Positions 9,410-18,824 of a DNA stretch of 64,000 nucleotides are shown one piece after another. The notes below the pieces were generated by a model. That model worked only from the letters and a program-made list of their open reading frames with translations, ran no database searches and was not told the DNA's origin. Position numbers and translations under genes: made by a program. Numbering within the stretch: position 1 is the first letter of the stretch; every line of letters starts with the position of its first letter. The DNA is from Spartobacteria bacterium (GTDB lineage Bacteria; Verrucomicrobiota; Verrucomicrobiia; Chthoniobacterales; UBA6821): contig CANIVT010000001.1 of NCBI GenBank assembly GCA_947471565.1, positions 132,612-196,611 on the forward strand, given 5' to 3'.

Positions 9410-10764
9410 TGTTCCCACGACCTTTCATCCCTATCCTCTGGAGCGCACTGATCCCCCTTCTTCTCTCGGGGTGCGCGATCCATCCACTCGGTCCCCTTGA
9501 CAAGGCACCTGAGCACCAGGTTAAGAAACTGACGGGTTACCGAGGATTTGCGTGGGGAATCTCCACGAGCAGCCTTCAATACGAGGACAAGGGAGTTGCT
9601 CCGGGAAACAAGGAATACTTCGTCCGCGACTGGGACCTGCTGGTGAAGGACGGGAAGGCGCCGGTCGTCGGCAATGCTCTCTACACTTGGATTGACTTCG
9701 ACAAGGATCTCTCGGCGCTGAAGAAGATCGGTGTCACCCACTACCGCTTCAGCATCGAATGGGCACGCGTTGAGCCGCAACCCGGACATTACAACGAAAA
9801 GGCCGTTCAGGGGTACGTCCGCATGTGCCGCAAGCTCCGTGAGGCTGGCATCGAGCCCGTCGTGACCCTGTGGCATTTCACCTTTCCGGCATGGCTGACG
9901 GATAAGAAGGATTCCTCCAAGACCAACTGGCTGCACCCTCTGGCGCGTGAACGGTGGAATCTCTACGTGAAGAAGATGGTGAAGGCCACTTCCCCGTACG
10001 TGAACTACTACGCCCCCGAGAACGAGCCCAACGGTCAGGTGCTCACAGCCTACATCATCGGCCTGTGGCCTCCCTGCCACACGTTCGACTTCAAGGGCTA
10101 CAAGGCCGCCACGATCGCCAGTGCCGATATGTTCCGTGATGCGGCAGGCATCATCAAAGGTGAGAAACCCTCCGCCAAGGTGTTGAGCGTGGAGGCTCTG
10201 CCGTGGTGGAAGCATGGTCCGCTTGATCCGGGTGGACTGCTTTACAACACCGTGATGCACTCGAATTTCGACCATCTCGACCGTGTCTGGGATGTCTGTG
10301 ACATCATCGGATTCAACTATTACTACAGCCAGCAGGCCGGCCCCGTGAGTTTTCTGTCCGAGGGAATGAGGCATGGTCCCAACTTCACGATGATGGGGTG
10401 GTGCATCGACCCGAAGGCGCTGGGCAAGCAGATCCGCTATGTCGCCAAGCGTTACGACAAGCCGATGATGATCACCGAGAACGGAGTCGCCACCAAGAAT
10501 GAGGAAAAGCGTCACCGATACCTTAGTGAACACATTGCCCAGATCCGGAAGGCGATGGATGAGGGCTACGATGTCAGGGGGTATTTCGTCTGGTCGCTCG
10601 CCGATAATTACGAGTGGCACTACGGCTATGTCCCCAAGTTCGGGCTCTGCACCATGGATCCGGTGACCAAGGTCCGTGTGCTCAAGCCGTCGGCAAACTA
10701 TTACCGCGATGTGATCCGCGCCTCCCAGGCCGCGGGGCATGTCGTGCCGGAACCTTCCAAGTAA
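9406..10764 (+). CDS. GH1-family glycosidase lipoprotein, paralog of 7134..8462
   Basis: MMFPRPFIPILWSALIPLLLSGC lipoprotein signal. GH1 motifs YAPENEPNG and MMITENGVA are present. It aligns along its whole length with the divergent upstream GH1. Confidence 0.75.
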   Translation: MMFPRPFIPILWSALIPLLLSGCAIHPLGPLDKAPEHQVKKLTGYRGFAWGISTSSLQYEDKGVAPGNKEYFVRDWDLLVKDGKAPVVGNALYTWIDFDKDLSALKKIGVTHYRFSIEWARVEPQPGHYNEKAVQGYVRMCRKLREAGIEPVVTLWHFTFPAWLTDKKDSSKTNWLHPLARERWNLYVKKMVKATSPYVNYYAPENEPNGQVLTAYIIGLWPPCHTFDFKGYKAATIASADMFRDAAGIIKGEKPSAKVLSVEALPWWKHGPLDPGGLLYNTVMHSNFDHLDRVWDVCDIIGFNYYYSQQAGPVSFLSEGMRHGPNFTMMGWCIDPKALGKQIRYVAKRYDKPMMITENGVATKNEEKRHRYLSEHIAQIRKAMDEGYDVRGYFVWSLADNYEWHYGYVPKFGLCTMDPVTKVRVLKPSANYYRDVIRASQAAGHVVPEPSK

Positions 10765-10821
10765 GGGTTTTCCCGCACCGGGAAGCTGGAAGGAGTGCCC
10801 GATTCTGTCCATGATCGGGTA

Positions 10822-11826
10822 ATGAAAGTCGCGGTCTTCAACACCAAGCGTTTCGAGAAACCCTTTCTCGAGGCTGCCGCGCGTGATGCCGGGATTACCC
10901 TGACGTATCTCGAGCCGCGTCTCGATGCCACCACCGCTCCCTTGGCAGCTGGGCATGATGCCGTCCTGATTTTCGTCAATGACGTGGCCGACCGGGCCTC
11001 GCTGGAAAAACTCTCCGCCGGGGGCGTGCGTCTTTTGGCCACACGCAGCGCCGGGTTTAACCAGATCGACTTCTCCGCCGCCCGAGAACTCGGCATTAGC
11101 CTTGCCTATGTCCCCGAGTATTCCCCCAACGCGGTGGCGGAGTTCACGATCGGTCTGATCCTGACTCTGGGGCGTCATATCCACGAGGGGCACAACCGCG
11201 TGCGCCGCGCTGATTTCAGCCTTGAGGGACTTTGCGGATTCGAACTCAGGGACAAGACCGTCGGTGTCTGCGGCACCGGGCGCATCGGCACGGAAGTGGT
11301 GAAGCTCCTCTCGGGATTCGGATGCCGCATCCTCGCCTACGACGACGCCCCCAGCGAGGAGGTGACCCTCCTCGCCTCCTGCGTCGATTCCAAGGAGGAG
11401 CTCTTCCGCTATTCCGACATCCTGACCCTGCACGTTCCCCTGATGCCTTCGACGTATCACCTGATCGATGCGCCAGCGCTCTCGACCATGAAGGACGGGG
11501 TCTTCCTCATCAACACGAGCCGAGGCGGTCTCATCGACACGCGTGCGGCTGTCGAGGCTCTCAAAAATCGCAAGATCGGCTTTCTGGCAATCGACGTCTA
11601 CGAAGAAGAGGCCTCGCTCTTCTTCGAGAATCGCTCCTCGGACATCATCGCCGACGACACCTTCGCGCGACTCCTGACCTTCCCCAATGTGATCGTCACG
11701 GGTCATCAGGCCTTTCTGACGGATCACGCCCTGCGCAATATCGTGGAGACGACTTTTCAGAGCCTGAAGGAATTCGCCGAAGGAAAGCCTCTCACGCATG
11801 CCGTTCCGGCACCGCCCACGGAATGA
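10822..11826 (+). CDS. ldhA: D-lactate dehydrogenase / D-isomer-specific 2-hydroxyacid dehydrogenase
   Basis: MKVAVFNTKRFEKPFL..., RSAGFNQID, VPEYSPNAVAEF, FSLEGLCGF and GVCGTGRIG closely parallel E. coli LdhA. Confidence 0.75.
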   Translation: MKVAVFNTKRFEKPFLEAAARDAGITLTYLEPRLDATTAPLAAGHDAVLIFVNDVADRASLEKLSAGGVRLLATRSAGFNQIDFSAARELGISLAYVPEYSPNAVAEFTIGLILTLGRHIHEGHNRVRRADFSLEGLCGFELRDKTVGVCGTGRIGTEVVKLLSGFGCRILAYDDAPSEEVTLLASCVDSKEELFRYSDILTLHVPLMPSTYHLIDAPALSTMKDGVFLINTSRGGLIDTRAAVEALKNRKIGFLAIDVYEEEASLFFENRSSDIIADDTFARLLTFPNVIVTGHQAFLTDHALRNIVETTFQSLKEFAEGKPLTHAVPAPPTE

Positions 11827-13403
11827 GGGTTTGGCTGAGCGCTGCTACCGCCTGCCTGCTGCTCCTGCTGAACGGGTGTAGCGGGACCCGAAGCAGGGCA
11901 GATCTGACGCTCATCAACGGGGCCGAACCTGAGACGCTCGATCCCGCCCTGATCACAGGACAGCCTGAGGGAAGGATCGTGAATGCTCTCTTCGAGGGGC
12001 TTCTTCGTTTTGACCGCTTTGGGCACAGCGGTCCCGGCGTCGCCTCGTCGTGGGAGACCTCTTCCGACGGCCTGACCTACACCTTTCATCTCCGGCCAGA
12101 CGCATGCTGGAGCGATGGAAAGCCGGTGACGGCGGGTGACTTCCTCGAGTCATGGAGGCGTACCCTCGAACCGCAGACAGCGGCGGCCTACAGCTACCAG
12201 CTTTTCCCCGTGAGCGGAGCCGAGGAGTTTGCCAACGGGAAAACCGAGGATTTCTCCACCGTCGGTGTCAAAGCCCCCGATGACCGCACTCTCGTCGTCC
12301 ATCTGGCGCATGCCACCCCCTATTTCCTCGATCTCTGCGCCCTGCCTCCTCTCTATCCGGTGAGGACGGATCTCATCGCCGCTTACGGGGATGACTGGGT
12401 GAAGCCGGGGAAGTTTGTGGGCAACGGGGCTTACAGGTTGGAGTCTTGGCGCATCAATGACTCGATCCGCCTGACGAAAAATCCCTTCTTCTGGGACCAG
12501 GCGAATGTCCGCCTAGGGACGGTCGACGTCCTGCCGATCAGCAAGGCGAACGTCGCCTACAACTTCTACGCGGCCGGCCAGGCGGATCTGATCATGGACA
12601 AGGGGCTGGCCCCGCCCTCCCTGCTGGACGCCCTCAAGCAGGGTCCCGATTTTCATGCCGCGCCCTTCCTCGGTTCCTACTTCCTACGGTTCAACTGCTC
12701 CAAGCCCCCGTTCTCCGATCAGCGCGTCCGCAAGGCCTTCTCCATGGCGCTCGATAGGAAGAGGATCACCGACAAGATCACGCGGGCAGGAGAGCAGGAT
12801 GCCTTGAGCTTCGTGCCTCCGGGTCTGCCGGGGTATCAACCCCCTGAGGGACTTCCTGAGAATGCGAGCGAAGCGAGGCGTCTGCTTTCCGACGCAGGAT
12901 ATCCGGGCGGCAAGGGATTCCCCCTGACGACTTATCTCTACAGTGAGGGTGAACTCAACGAGGGAGTGGCTGTCGAACTTCAGTCGATGTGGAGCGAGGT
13001 GCTCGGCGTCCATATCCAACTAGCCCGTCAGGAGTGGAAAGTTTATCTCAACTCGCTCGGCTCCCTTGACTTCGGGATCGCCCGCTCCAGCTGGGTGGGG
13101 GATTACCCTGATCCCAATACCTTCCTCGATCTCTTTCTCTCCGGCGGCGGGAATAACCGCACGGGCTGGGCCGATCCGGCTTACGATTGGATGATCGCGT
13201 CTGCGGCGGGTGAGGGGAATCCCGCTGCTCGATTCGCTCGCCTCCGTTCGGCTGAGCAGTATCTTGTAAGGGATCAGGCACCGATCGCCCCGCTTTTCTT
13301 CTACGTGGGGATCCAGCTCTACGACGGCACGAAATTCGGAGGCATCGAGGCGAATGTCCTCGACGAGCATCCGATCCGGGAGATGTATCGGCGGGCTTTC
13401 TGA
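11823..13403 (+). CDS. ABC transporter substrate-binding lipoprotein, family 5 (peptide/nickel, OppA/DppA-like)
   Basis: The ATG at 11823 shares ATGA with the ldhA stop. Signal MRVWLSAATACLLLLLNGC. Typical SBP_bac_5 layout (SWxxSxDGLTYTFHLR..., WSDGKPVTAGDF). Confidence 0.75.
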   Translation: MRVWLSAATACLLLLLNGCSGTRSRADLTLINGAEPETLDPALITGQPEGRIVNALFEGLLRFDRFGHSGPGVASSWETSSDGLTYTFHLRPDACWSDGKPVTAGDFLESWRRTLEPQTAAAYSYQLFPVSGAEEFANGKTEDFSTVGVKAPDDRTLVVHLAHATPYFLDLCALPPLYPVRTDLIAAYGDDWVKPGKFVGNGAYRLESWRINDSIRLTKNPFFWDQANVRLGTVDVLPISKANVAYNFYAAGQADLIMDKGLAPPSLLDALKQGPDFHAAPFLGSYFLRFNCSKPPFSDQRVRKAFSMALDRKRITDKITRAGEQDALSFVPPGLPGYQPPEGLPENASEARRLLSDAGYPGGKGFPLTTYLYSEGELNEGVAVELQSMWSEVLGVHIQLARQEWKVYLNSLGSLDFGIARSSWVGDYPDPNTFLDLFLSGGGNNRTGWADPAYDWMIASAAGEGNPAARFARLRSAEQYLVRDQAPIAPLFFYVGIQLYDGTKFGGIEANVLDEHPIREMYRRAF

Positions 13404-13415
13404 AAAAGACTGATA

Positions 13416-13675
13416 GCCACAAGATGCACAGAAAGTACAGGGGGGGAGGGGTGTTAAAACGTTACAGTGTTAGAAAGTGAAAAAGTATCGAGAGACAAAC
13501 GGTTTGATGACGCCATCCTTCGCTCCATTCACGTCCCGCGCCTGGACATCTCAACACATGTTGGAGTCCAGTTGTTTGACCCCCCGTTTTAACGGTAAAA
13601 CATTTTAACCTTTTTAACTAATCCCCCATCTTCCTCCCGCCATTTTTGTAACTCTTGTGCCTTTTGTGGCCTACC
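13416..13675. repeat. MITE-like intergenic element: imperfect inverted arms built from 8-9-bp words
   Basis: The left arm is gccacaaga-tgcacagaaa-gtacag...gttaaaac-gttacagt-gttagaaa-gtgaaaaa. The reverse complement of the right arm reads ggccacaaaag-gcacaagag-ttacaaaaa...gttaaaaag-gttaaaat-gttttacc-gttaaaacg. Confidence 0.7.
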
Positions 13676-13685
13676 GCCTCATGAC

Positions 13686-14534
13686 ATGCTCCAAGCCTCG
13701 ATGAATCGACGTTTCGCTATCCAAGGCTGCACCGCGCTGGTGACCGGAGCCACCGCCGGACTCGGCGCCGAGTTTGCCCGCCAACTAGCCCCGAGAGCCC
13801 GCCATCTCATTCTCGTCGGTCGCCGCAAGGAACGGTTGGCCTCCCTGGCGGAATCGCTCCGAAAAGACTTCTCAGCCCTCTCCATCGAATCGATACCCGC
13901 AGATCTGGCCATGCCCGAGGAACGGGAGCGTCTCGCCTCACATATCATCCGCTCGGAGATCCCGCTCAACCTGCTCGTGAACAATGCCGGCCTGGGGGAT
14001 CTTGGCCCCTTTGACACGGCGGAATGGACGCGGCTGGAGCCGATGCTCTCGGTGAATGTCACAGCACTCACCCACCTGACTCATCTTCTGCTTCCGATGC
14101 TTCGGGCGCACCCTCCCTCGGCTGTCCTAAACGTCAGCTCCATCGCCGGCTTCTTTCCGCTGCCCGAGATGGCTGTGTATGCTGCGACGAAGGCCTATGT
14201 GACGAGCTTCAGCGAGGCGCTTCGCATGGAGTTGGAGCCCCACGGCGTGGTAGTGACGGCCCTTTGCCCGGGCCCGGTGCCGACGGAGTTTTTTGAGGTG
14301 GCAAGCCGCGAGGGCAAAACGATCCGTGCGATGGACCGCTCTCACCCCGCGTTTGCGTCGCCGCCGGAATTGGTGGTGCGTCAGGCTCTTGCCGGATTGG
14401 AGCGAAATCGACCCGGAGTCATCCCGAACTCCCTCCTGGCCGCCGTCGTGCGAACTGTCCGACTGCTTCCCTTCCCGTTAATTCGTGAGGCGATCCGCCT
14501 AGGAGCTGGTCCCAAGAAGCCTGTCGAAGAATAA
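13686..14534 (+). CDS. SDR-family NAD(P)-dependent oxidoreductase
   Basis: Cofactor motif TGATAGLG, NNAG, and catalytic YAATKAY (YxxxK). Confidence 0.75.
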   Translation: MLQASMNRRFAIQGCTALVTGATAGLGAEFARQLAPRARHLILVGRRKERLASLAESLRKDFSALSIESIPADLAMPEERERLASHIIRSEIPLNLLVNNAGLGDLGPFDTAEWTRLEPMLSVNVTALTHLTHLLLPMLRAHPPSAVLNVSSIAGFFPLPEMAVYAATKAYVTSFSEALRMELEPHGVVVTALCPGPVPTEFFEVASREGKTIRAMDRSHPAFASPPELVVRQALAGLERNRPGVIPNSLLAAVVRTVRLLPFPLIREAIRLGAGPKKPVEE

Positions 14535-14803
14535 GGATTTTTACAGGGATGAGGGGGATGGATTTGTTTTAAACCACGAAAGGCACGAACGGACACGAAA
14601 GTTGTATCTGCACGGAGATTGGGATCTCCCTCGGACTGCGGTTCGAACAGTCTCACAGCCTACAGTCTAAAAAGCTTCCCCAGGAACAACTCCTGTCGTG
14701 GTGATCTGATAGTCTCCGGTGGATTCGAACCATGAATTCGAATCCATTCCCTCCTCGCCACCTTCCTCTCTGACCGTTATCTGTCAGACACCGTTTTCCA
14801 CCC

Positions 14804-16408
14804 ATGGCCCGTCCCAAGAAATCTTCCTCTTCCTCTTCCAAGGACTCCTCGGCCAATCTCGGCTTTGAGGCGAAGCTCTGGCTCGCCGCTGACAAGCTCC
14901 GGAACAACATGGATGCGGGCGAGTACAAGCACGTCGTCCTTGGCCTCATCTTCCTGAAGTACATCTCCGACAGCTTCGAGGAGCATCATGCCAAGCTCAT
15001 TGAGGGAGAGGGTGAGTACGCCGGGGCCAATCCCGAGGACAAGGACGAGTACCTCGCTGCCAACGTCTTCTGGGTTCCGAAGGAGGCCCGCTGGTCCTTC
15101 CTCCAGGGGAGTGCCAAGCTCCCGTCGATCGGCAAGCTCGTCGACGACGCCATGGTCGCCCTCGAACGGGACAACCCCCGACTCAAGGGCTCCCTGAACA
15201 AGAACTACGGACGCGCCGACCTCGATAAGAACCGCCTCGGCGAGCTCATCGACCTCATCGGCTCCATCCAGCTCGTAGATGCCGCCAGCCGGTCCAAGGA
15301 CCTCCTTGGGCGTGTCTTTGAGTACTTCCTTACTCAGTTCGCCAGTGCCGAGGGTAAGAACGGCGGCCAATTCTACACACCCTCCTGCGTCGTCCGCCTC
15401 CTTGTCGAGATGGTCGCCCCGTACAAGGGACGCATCTACGACCCGGCCTGCGGCTCGGGCGGCATGTTCGTCCAGAGTGAGAAATTCGTGGAATCCCACG
15501 GCGGCAAGCTGGGCGACATCAGCGTCTACGGCCAGGAGAGCAACCCCACCACCCGCCGCCTCGCCATCATGAACCTCGCCCTCCGGGGCATCGAGGCAGA
15601 CTTTGGACCCGAGAATGCAGACACGTTCCGCCGACCACTCCACCCCGACCTCCGGGCTGACTTCGTCCTGGCCAATCCTCCCTTCAACGACTCCGACTGG
15701 TACCGCAAAGACGATGACGTCCGCTGGCAGTATGGCGTCCCGCCTAAGGGGAATGCGAACTTCGCCTGGGTTCAGCACTTCATTCACCACCTTGCCCCAA
15801 AGGGAATGGCCGGCTTCGTTCTCGCGAATGGCTCAATGTCCTCAAACCAATCCGGAGAGGGGGAAATCAGGAAGGCCCTGATTGAGGCAGACCTCGTCGA
15901 CTGCATGGTCGCACTCCCTGGACAGCTCTTCTACTCCACCCAGATCCCCGTCTGCCTCTGGTTCCTCACGAGGAGCAAGAACGATGGAAAGCGCCGTGAC
16001 CGCCGCAAGGAAACCCTCTTCATCGATGCCCGGAGGATGGGCACCCTCATCGACCGTGTCCACCGCGAGCTTACGGAGGCCGACCTCGTGAAGATCGTCT
16101 CCACTTACCACGCATGGAGAGGGGATGAGATTCCTCAGGTTTCAGGTCTCAAGTCTCAGGTTTCCTCGTCGGCCTACGCCGACATCCCCGGCTTCTGCAA
16201 ATCTGCCACCACCGCCGAGATCGCCGCCCATGGTCATGTCCTCACACCTGGCCGCTACGTCGGAGCCGAGGAGATCGAGGATGATGGAGAGCCCTTCGAG
16301 GAGAAAATGCCCCGACTTGTTGCCGAGCTGAATATCCAGTTCGCCGAGTCTGCGAAACTCGAGCTGGCCATCAAGGCCAACCTGAAAGGACTTGGGTATG
16401 AAATCTGA
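14804..16408 (+). CDS. hsdM: type I restriction-modification system, DNA methyltransferase subunit M
   Basis: HsdM N-terminal domain ([32 protein letters not shown]). AdoMet motif [10 protein letters not shown]. Catalytic LANPPFN. Confidence 0.9.
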   Translation: MARPKKSSSSSSKDSSANLGFEAKLWLAADKLRNNMDAGEYKHVVLGLIFLKYISDSFEEHHAKLIEGEGEYAGANPEDKDEYLAANVFWVPKEARWSFLQGSAKLPSIGKLVDDAMVALERDNPRLKGSLNKNYGRADLDKNRLGELIDLIGSIQLVDAASRSKDLLGRVFEYFLTQFASAEGKNGGQFYTPSCVVRLLVEMVAPYKGRIYDPACGSGGMFVQSEKFVESHGGKLGDISVYGQESNPTTRRLAIMNLALRGIEADFGPENADTFRRPLHPDLRADFVLANPPFNDSDWYRKDDDVRWQYGVPPKGNANFAWVQHFIHHLAPKGMAGFVLANGSMSSNQSGEGEIRKALIEADLVDCMVALPGQLFYSTQIPVCLWFLTRSKNDGKRRDRRKETLFIDARRMGTLIDRVHRELTEADLVKIVSTYHAWRGDEIPQVSGLKSQVSSSAYADIPGFCKSATTAEIAAHGHVLTPGRYVGAEEIEDDGEPFEEKMPRLVAELNIQFAESAKLELAIKANLKGLGYEI

Positions 16409-16480
16409 GGGTTCTCTTGCAAAAACTGGCTTGCCAATTCTTGACAATTTATTGGTTCCGCAGGATGGTAAAGCCAGTAA

Positions 16481-16532
16481 ACCCGCCGGGCCTCTGTCGA
16501 AAGATACGCTATCTCACGGCGGGTCTTTTTTT
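16481..16532 (+). terminator. terminator-like hairpin plus T7 run between hsdM and the Abi gene
   Basis: acccgccg (16481-16488) pairs with cggcgggt (16517-16524) and is followed by c+ttttttt. The loop is long (28 nt), so function is uncertain. Confidence 0.35.
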
Positions 16533-16550
16533 GCCCAGGGGAAGTGAACG

Positions 16551-17474
16551 ATGAAAAACGAGAAGCGTCATCACACCATCCAAGAACAGGTTCAGCTACT
16601 TCTGGCACGAGGGCTTGAAGGAGATCCTGACCTCATGGCATCTCGTTTGGCCGTGGTGAACTACTACCGACTGAGCGGCTACTGGTTTCCAATGCAAATG
16701 GGGGCTAGTTACCCCGAAATCATCGGCGCTACTCCAGAAACATTCCGGCCCGGATCAACTTTTGAAAACGTCTGGAGGAGATATACCTTTGATCGGGAGT
16801 TGCGACTTCTTGTTCTGGATGCAATTGAGCGATTCGAAGTTGCAGTCAGAACTCAGCTTGCCTACCACCACGCTTTCATCCACGGCCCTTTTGGCTATGC
16901 GAATGACCCAAAATCTAGGCCGAAATTGAAGCGAGAGGATTTTGCCAAATTTTACGCCGGATTACTGGAAGAGTTGGGAAGGAGTAAGGAACAATGCATA
17001 AAACATTATTTTAAGAAATATGGTGATGAACATGATGTTCCGCCCATCTGGCAGGCTGTGGAAGTCATGAGCTTTGGGAACATCGTCACCCTCTATCGGC
17101 ACACAACCAGTAAAGTGAAACAGGGGGTAGCCAGCACCTTTGGTATTCCTGATACCGTGATGGAGTCCTGGTTGCTTTCTCTCAACACCATTCGCAACAT
17201 TTGCGCTCATCACTCCCGGCTTTGGAATCGAGAATTGGGCAATAGGCCGATGATCCCTCGCTTGGAGGAATTTCCCGACTGGCATCTCCCGGTTCAGATC
17301 CGTAATGAGAAATTGTTCGGGATTCTAACCATCCTGAAATACTCCATGAATAGAATTGCCCCTCAGAGCCAGTGGGCACTTCGCTTCCATCAATTTCTCG
17401 CCGACTATCCCGACATCCCCATTGCCGATATGGGGTTCCCTGAGAATTGGGATCAAAACCCGATCTGGAAATGA
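16551..17474 (+). CDS. Abi_2-family (AbiD/AbiF-like) abortive-infection protein
   Basis: HTIQEQVQLLLARGL..., VNYYRLSGYWFP and YTFDRELRLLVLDAIERFEVAVRTQLAY follow the Abi_2 family pattern. The gene is embedded between hsdM and hsdS. Confidence 0.7.
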   Translation: MKNEKRHHTIQEQVQLLLARGLEGDPDLMASRLAVVNYYRLSGYWFPMQMGASYPEIIGATPETFRPGSTFENVWRRYTFDRELRLLVLDAIERFEVAVRTQLAYHHAFIHGPFGYANDPKSRPKLKREDFAKFYAGLLEELGRSKEQCIKHYFKKYGDEHDVPPIWQAVEVMSFGNIVTLYRHTTSKVKQGVASTFGIPDTVMESWLLSLNTIRNICAHHSRLWNRELGNRPMIPRLEEFPDWHLPVQIRNEKLFGILTILKYSMNRIAPQSQWALRFHQFLADYPDIPIADMGFPENWDQNPIWK

Positions 17475-17504
17475 GCCACACCTTGAACATAGGAGGACTG
17501 GGGT

Positions 17505-18815
17505 ATGGTGACTGAGTTTCAACAGCACGAAGTCGCAAAACTCATCAGCGACGGAACGCTGATGATCAACGACGGCTATCGCGCCAAAAACAGCGAACTG
17601 TCACATGCTGGCATTCCTTTTGCCCGAGCGGGAAACATTGATGGGGGCTTTCATTTTGAGGACTCCGATCGGGTTCCTGCTGAGACTCTTGCAAAAGTGG
17701 GTCAAAAAAAGAGCCAGGCTGGAGATGTAGTTTTTACATCAAAGGGAACAGTAGGACGGTTTGCTTTTGTTCGAGAGCACACCCCAGAGTTTGTCTATTC
17801 GCCTCAACTCTGTTTCTGGCGCTCCTTAGATGCCTCCCTCATCGACCCTAGATGGCTCTTCTACTGGATGAATGGTCGGGAGTTCTATCTTCAGTTCAAA
17901 GGCGTATCAGGACAGACCGACATGGCAGAGTATGTCAGTCTTCGTGACCAGCGGGCCATGAAGATGACCCTCCCACCCCTCTCCGAGCAGAAGCGAATTG
18001 CGGAAGTGTTGGGAGCTCTGGATGACAAGATCGAACTGAACCTGAGGATGAATGCCACGCTTGAGGCCACCGCCCGAGCCCTCTTCCAGAGCTGGTTCAT
18101 CGACTTCGATCCCGTCCGCGCCAAGCTCGACGGCCGAAAGCCCTCCGGCATCGATCCAGCCACCGCAACCCTCTTCCCCGACTCCTTCGAAGAATCCCCC
18201 CTCGGCCACATCCCCAAAGGGTGGGAAGTCCGACCACTAGCCAGTTTAACAACATATCTTAGCCGTGGTATCGGCCCCTCATACCTTGAACAGGGAGGGG
18301 TGTGCGTTCTGAATCAGAAATGCGTTCGTGACCATCGAGTAGATTTTACCAAATCCCGAAGACACGATTCCGTAAAAAAGCCCATCAATAAGCGCGGTTT
18401 GCAGCTTCACGATGTCTTGGTGAACTCTACTGGAATGGGAACGCTTGGACGAGTAGCTCAACTCTTTTATTTGCCTGAAGCGACAATTGTAGACTCGCAC
18501 GTCACCATCGTGCGTGCGGCCTCAAATACTGATCCATTCTTTCTAGGCATTAACCTGACTGGACGTGAAACTGAGATCGAGGAGTTAGGGGAAGGTTCTA
18601 CCGGTCAAACTGAACTTAGCCGCATAAGGCTAGGAGGACTTAAACTCATTACTCCTTCGTTTGACCTTCAAAAGGCGTTTGGATCAGCAGTTGCTCCACT
18701 CCTGATGAGTATGTCTGAAAACGAAAAGCAATCCCGCACCCTATCCACCCTCCGCGACACCCTCCTCCCAAAACTCCTGAGCGGGGAGTTGAGCGCAAAA
18801 GCACTTCAGATATAA
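17505..18815 (+). CDS. hsdS: type I restriction-modification system, specificity subunit S
   Basis: Two target-recognition domains are separated by conserved helices (LPPLSEQKRIAEVLGALDDKIELN... and ...LSTLRDTLLPKLLSGEL). AGGAGG lies 9 nt upstream of the ATG. Confidence 0.85.
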   Translation: MVTEFQQHEVAKLISDGTLMINDGYRAKNSELSHAGIPFARAGNIDGGFHFEDSDRVPAETLAKVGQKKSQAGDVVFTSKGTVGRFAFVREHTPEFVYSPQLCFWRSLDASLIDPRWLFYWMNGREFYLQFKGVSGQTDMAEYVSLRDQRAMKMTLPPLSEQKRIAEVLGALDDKIELNLRMNATLEATARALFQSWFIDFDPVRAKLDGRKPSGIDPATATLFPDSFEESPLGHIPKGWEVRPLASLTTYLSRGIGPSYLEQGGVCVLNQKCVRDHRVDFTKSRRHDSVKKPINKRGLQLHDVLVNSTGMGTLGRVAQLFYLPEATIVDSHVTIVRAASNTDPFFLGINLTGRETEIEELGEGSTGQTELSRIRLGGLKLITPSFDLQKAFGSAVAPLLMSMSENEKQSRTLSTLRDTLLPKLLSGELSAKALQI

Positions 18816-18824
18816 AGGACTCTA

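Noticed and set aside
9343-11799. 818-aa ORF on the minus strand spanning the second GH1 gene and ldhA
   Set aside because: It lies antisense to two genes with strong family motifs. Its translation is low-complexity (R/G/D/V/H-rich) with no recognisable domain. Long stop-free antisense frames are expected in GC-rich coding DNA.
11232-11822. N-terminal 197-aa extension of the ABC substrate-binding protein ORF
   Set aside because: It overlaps ldhA in another frame and is Arg/Pro-rich. A canonical lipoprotein signal begins at the ATG at 11823, which forms an ATGA junction with the ldhA stop.
13453-13617. Tandem short repeats considered as a CRISPR array (also 28034-28212 and 56462-56508)
   Set aside because: The units are only 7-9 bp, directly adjacent, and have no spacers. 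No cas genes are in the window. This is not CRISPR architecture.
14720-14746. Possible tRNA fragment or att site because of TTCGAATCC (T-loop-like) strings upstream of hsdM
   Set aside because: No acceptor, D or anticodon arms can be drawn. The string is simply one arm of a 10-bp inverted repeat. No matching copy flanks the other end of the R-M locus and no integrase is present.
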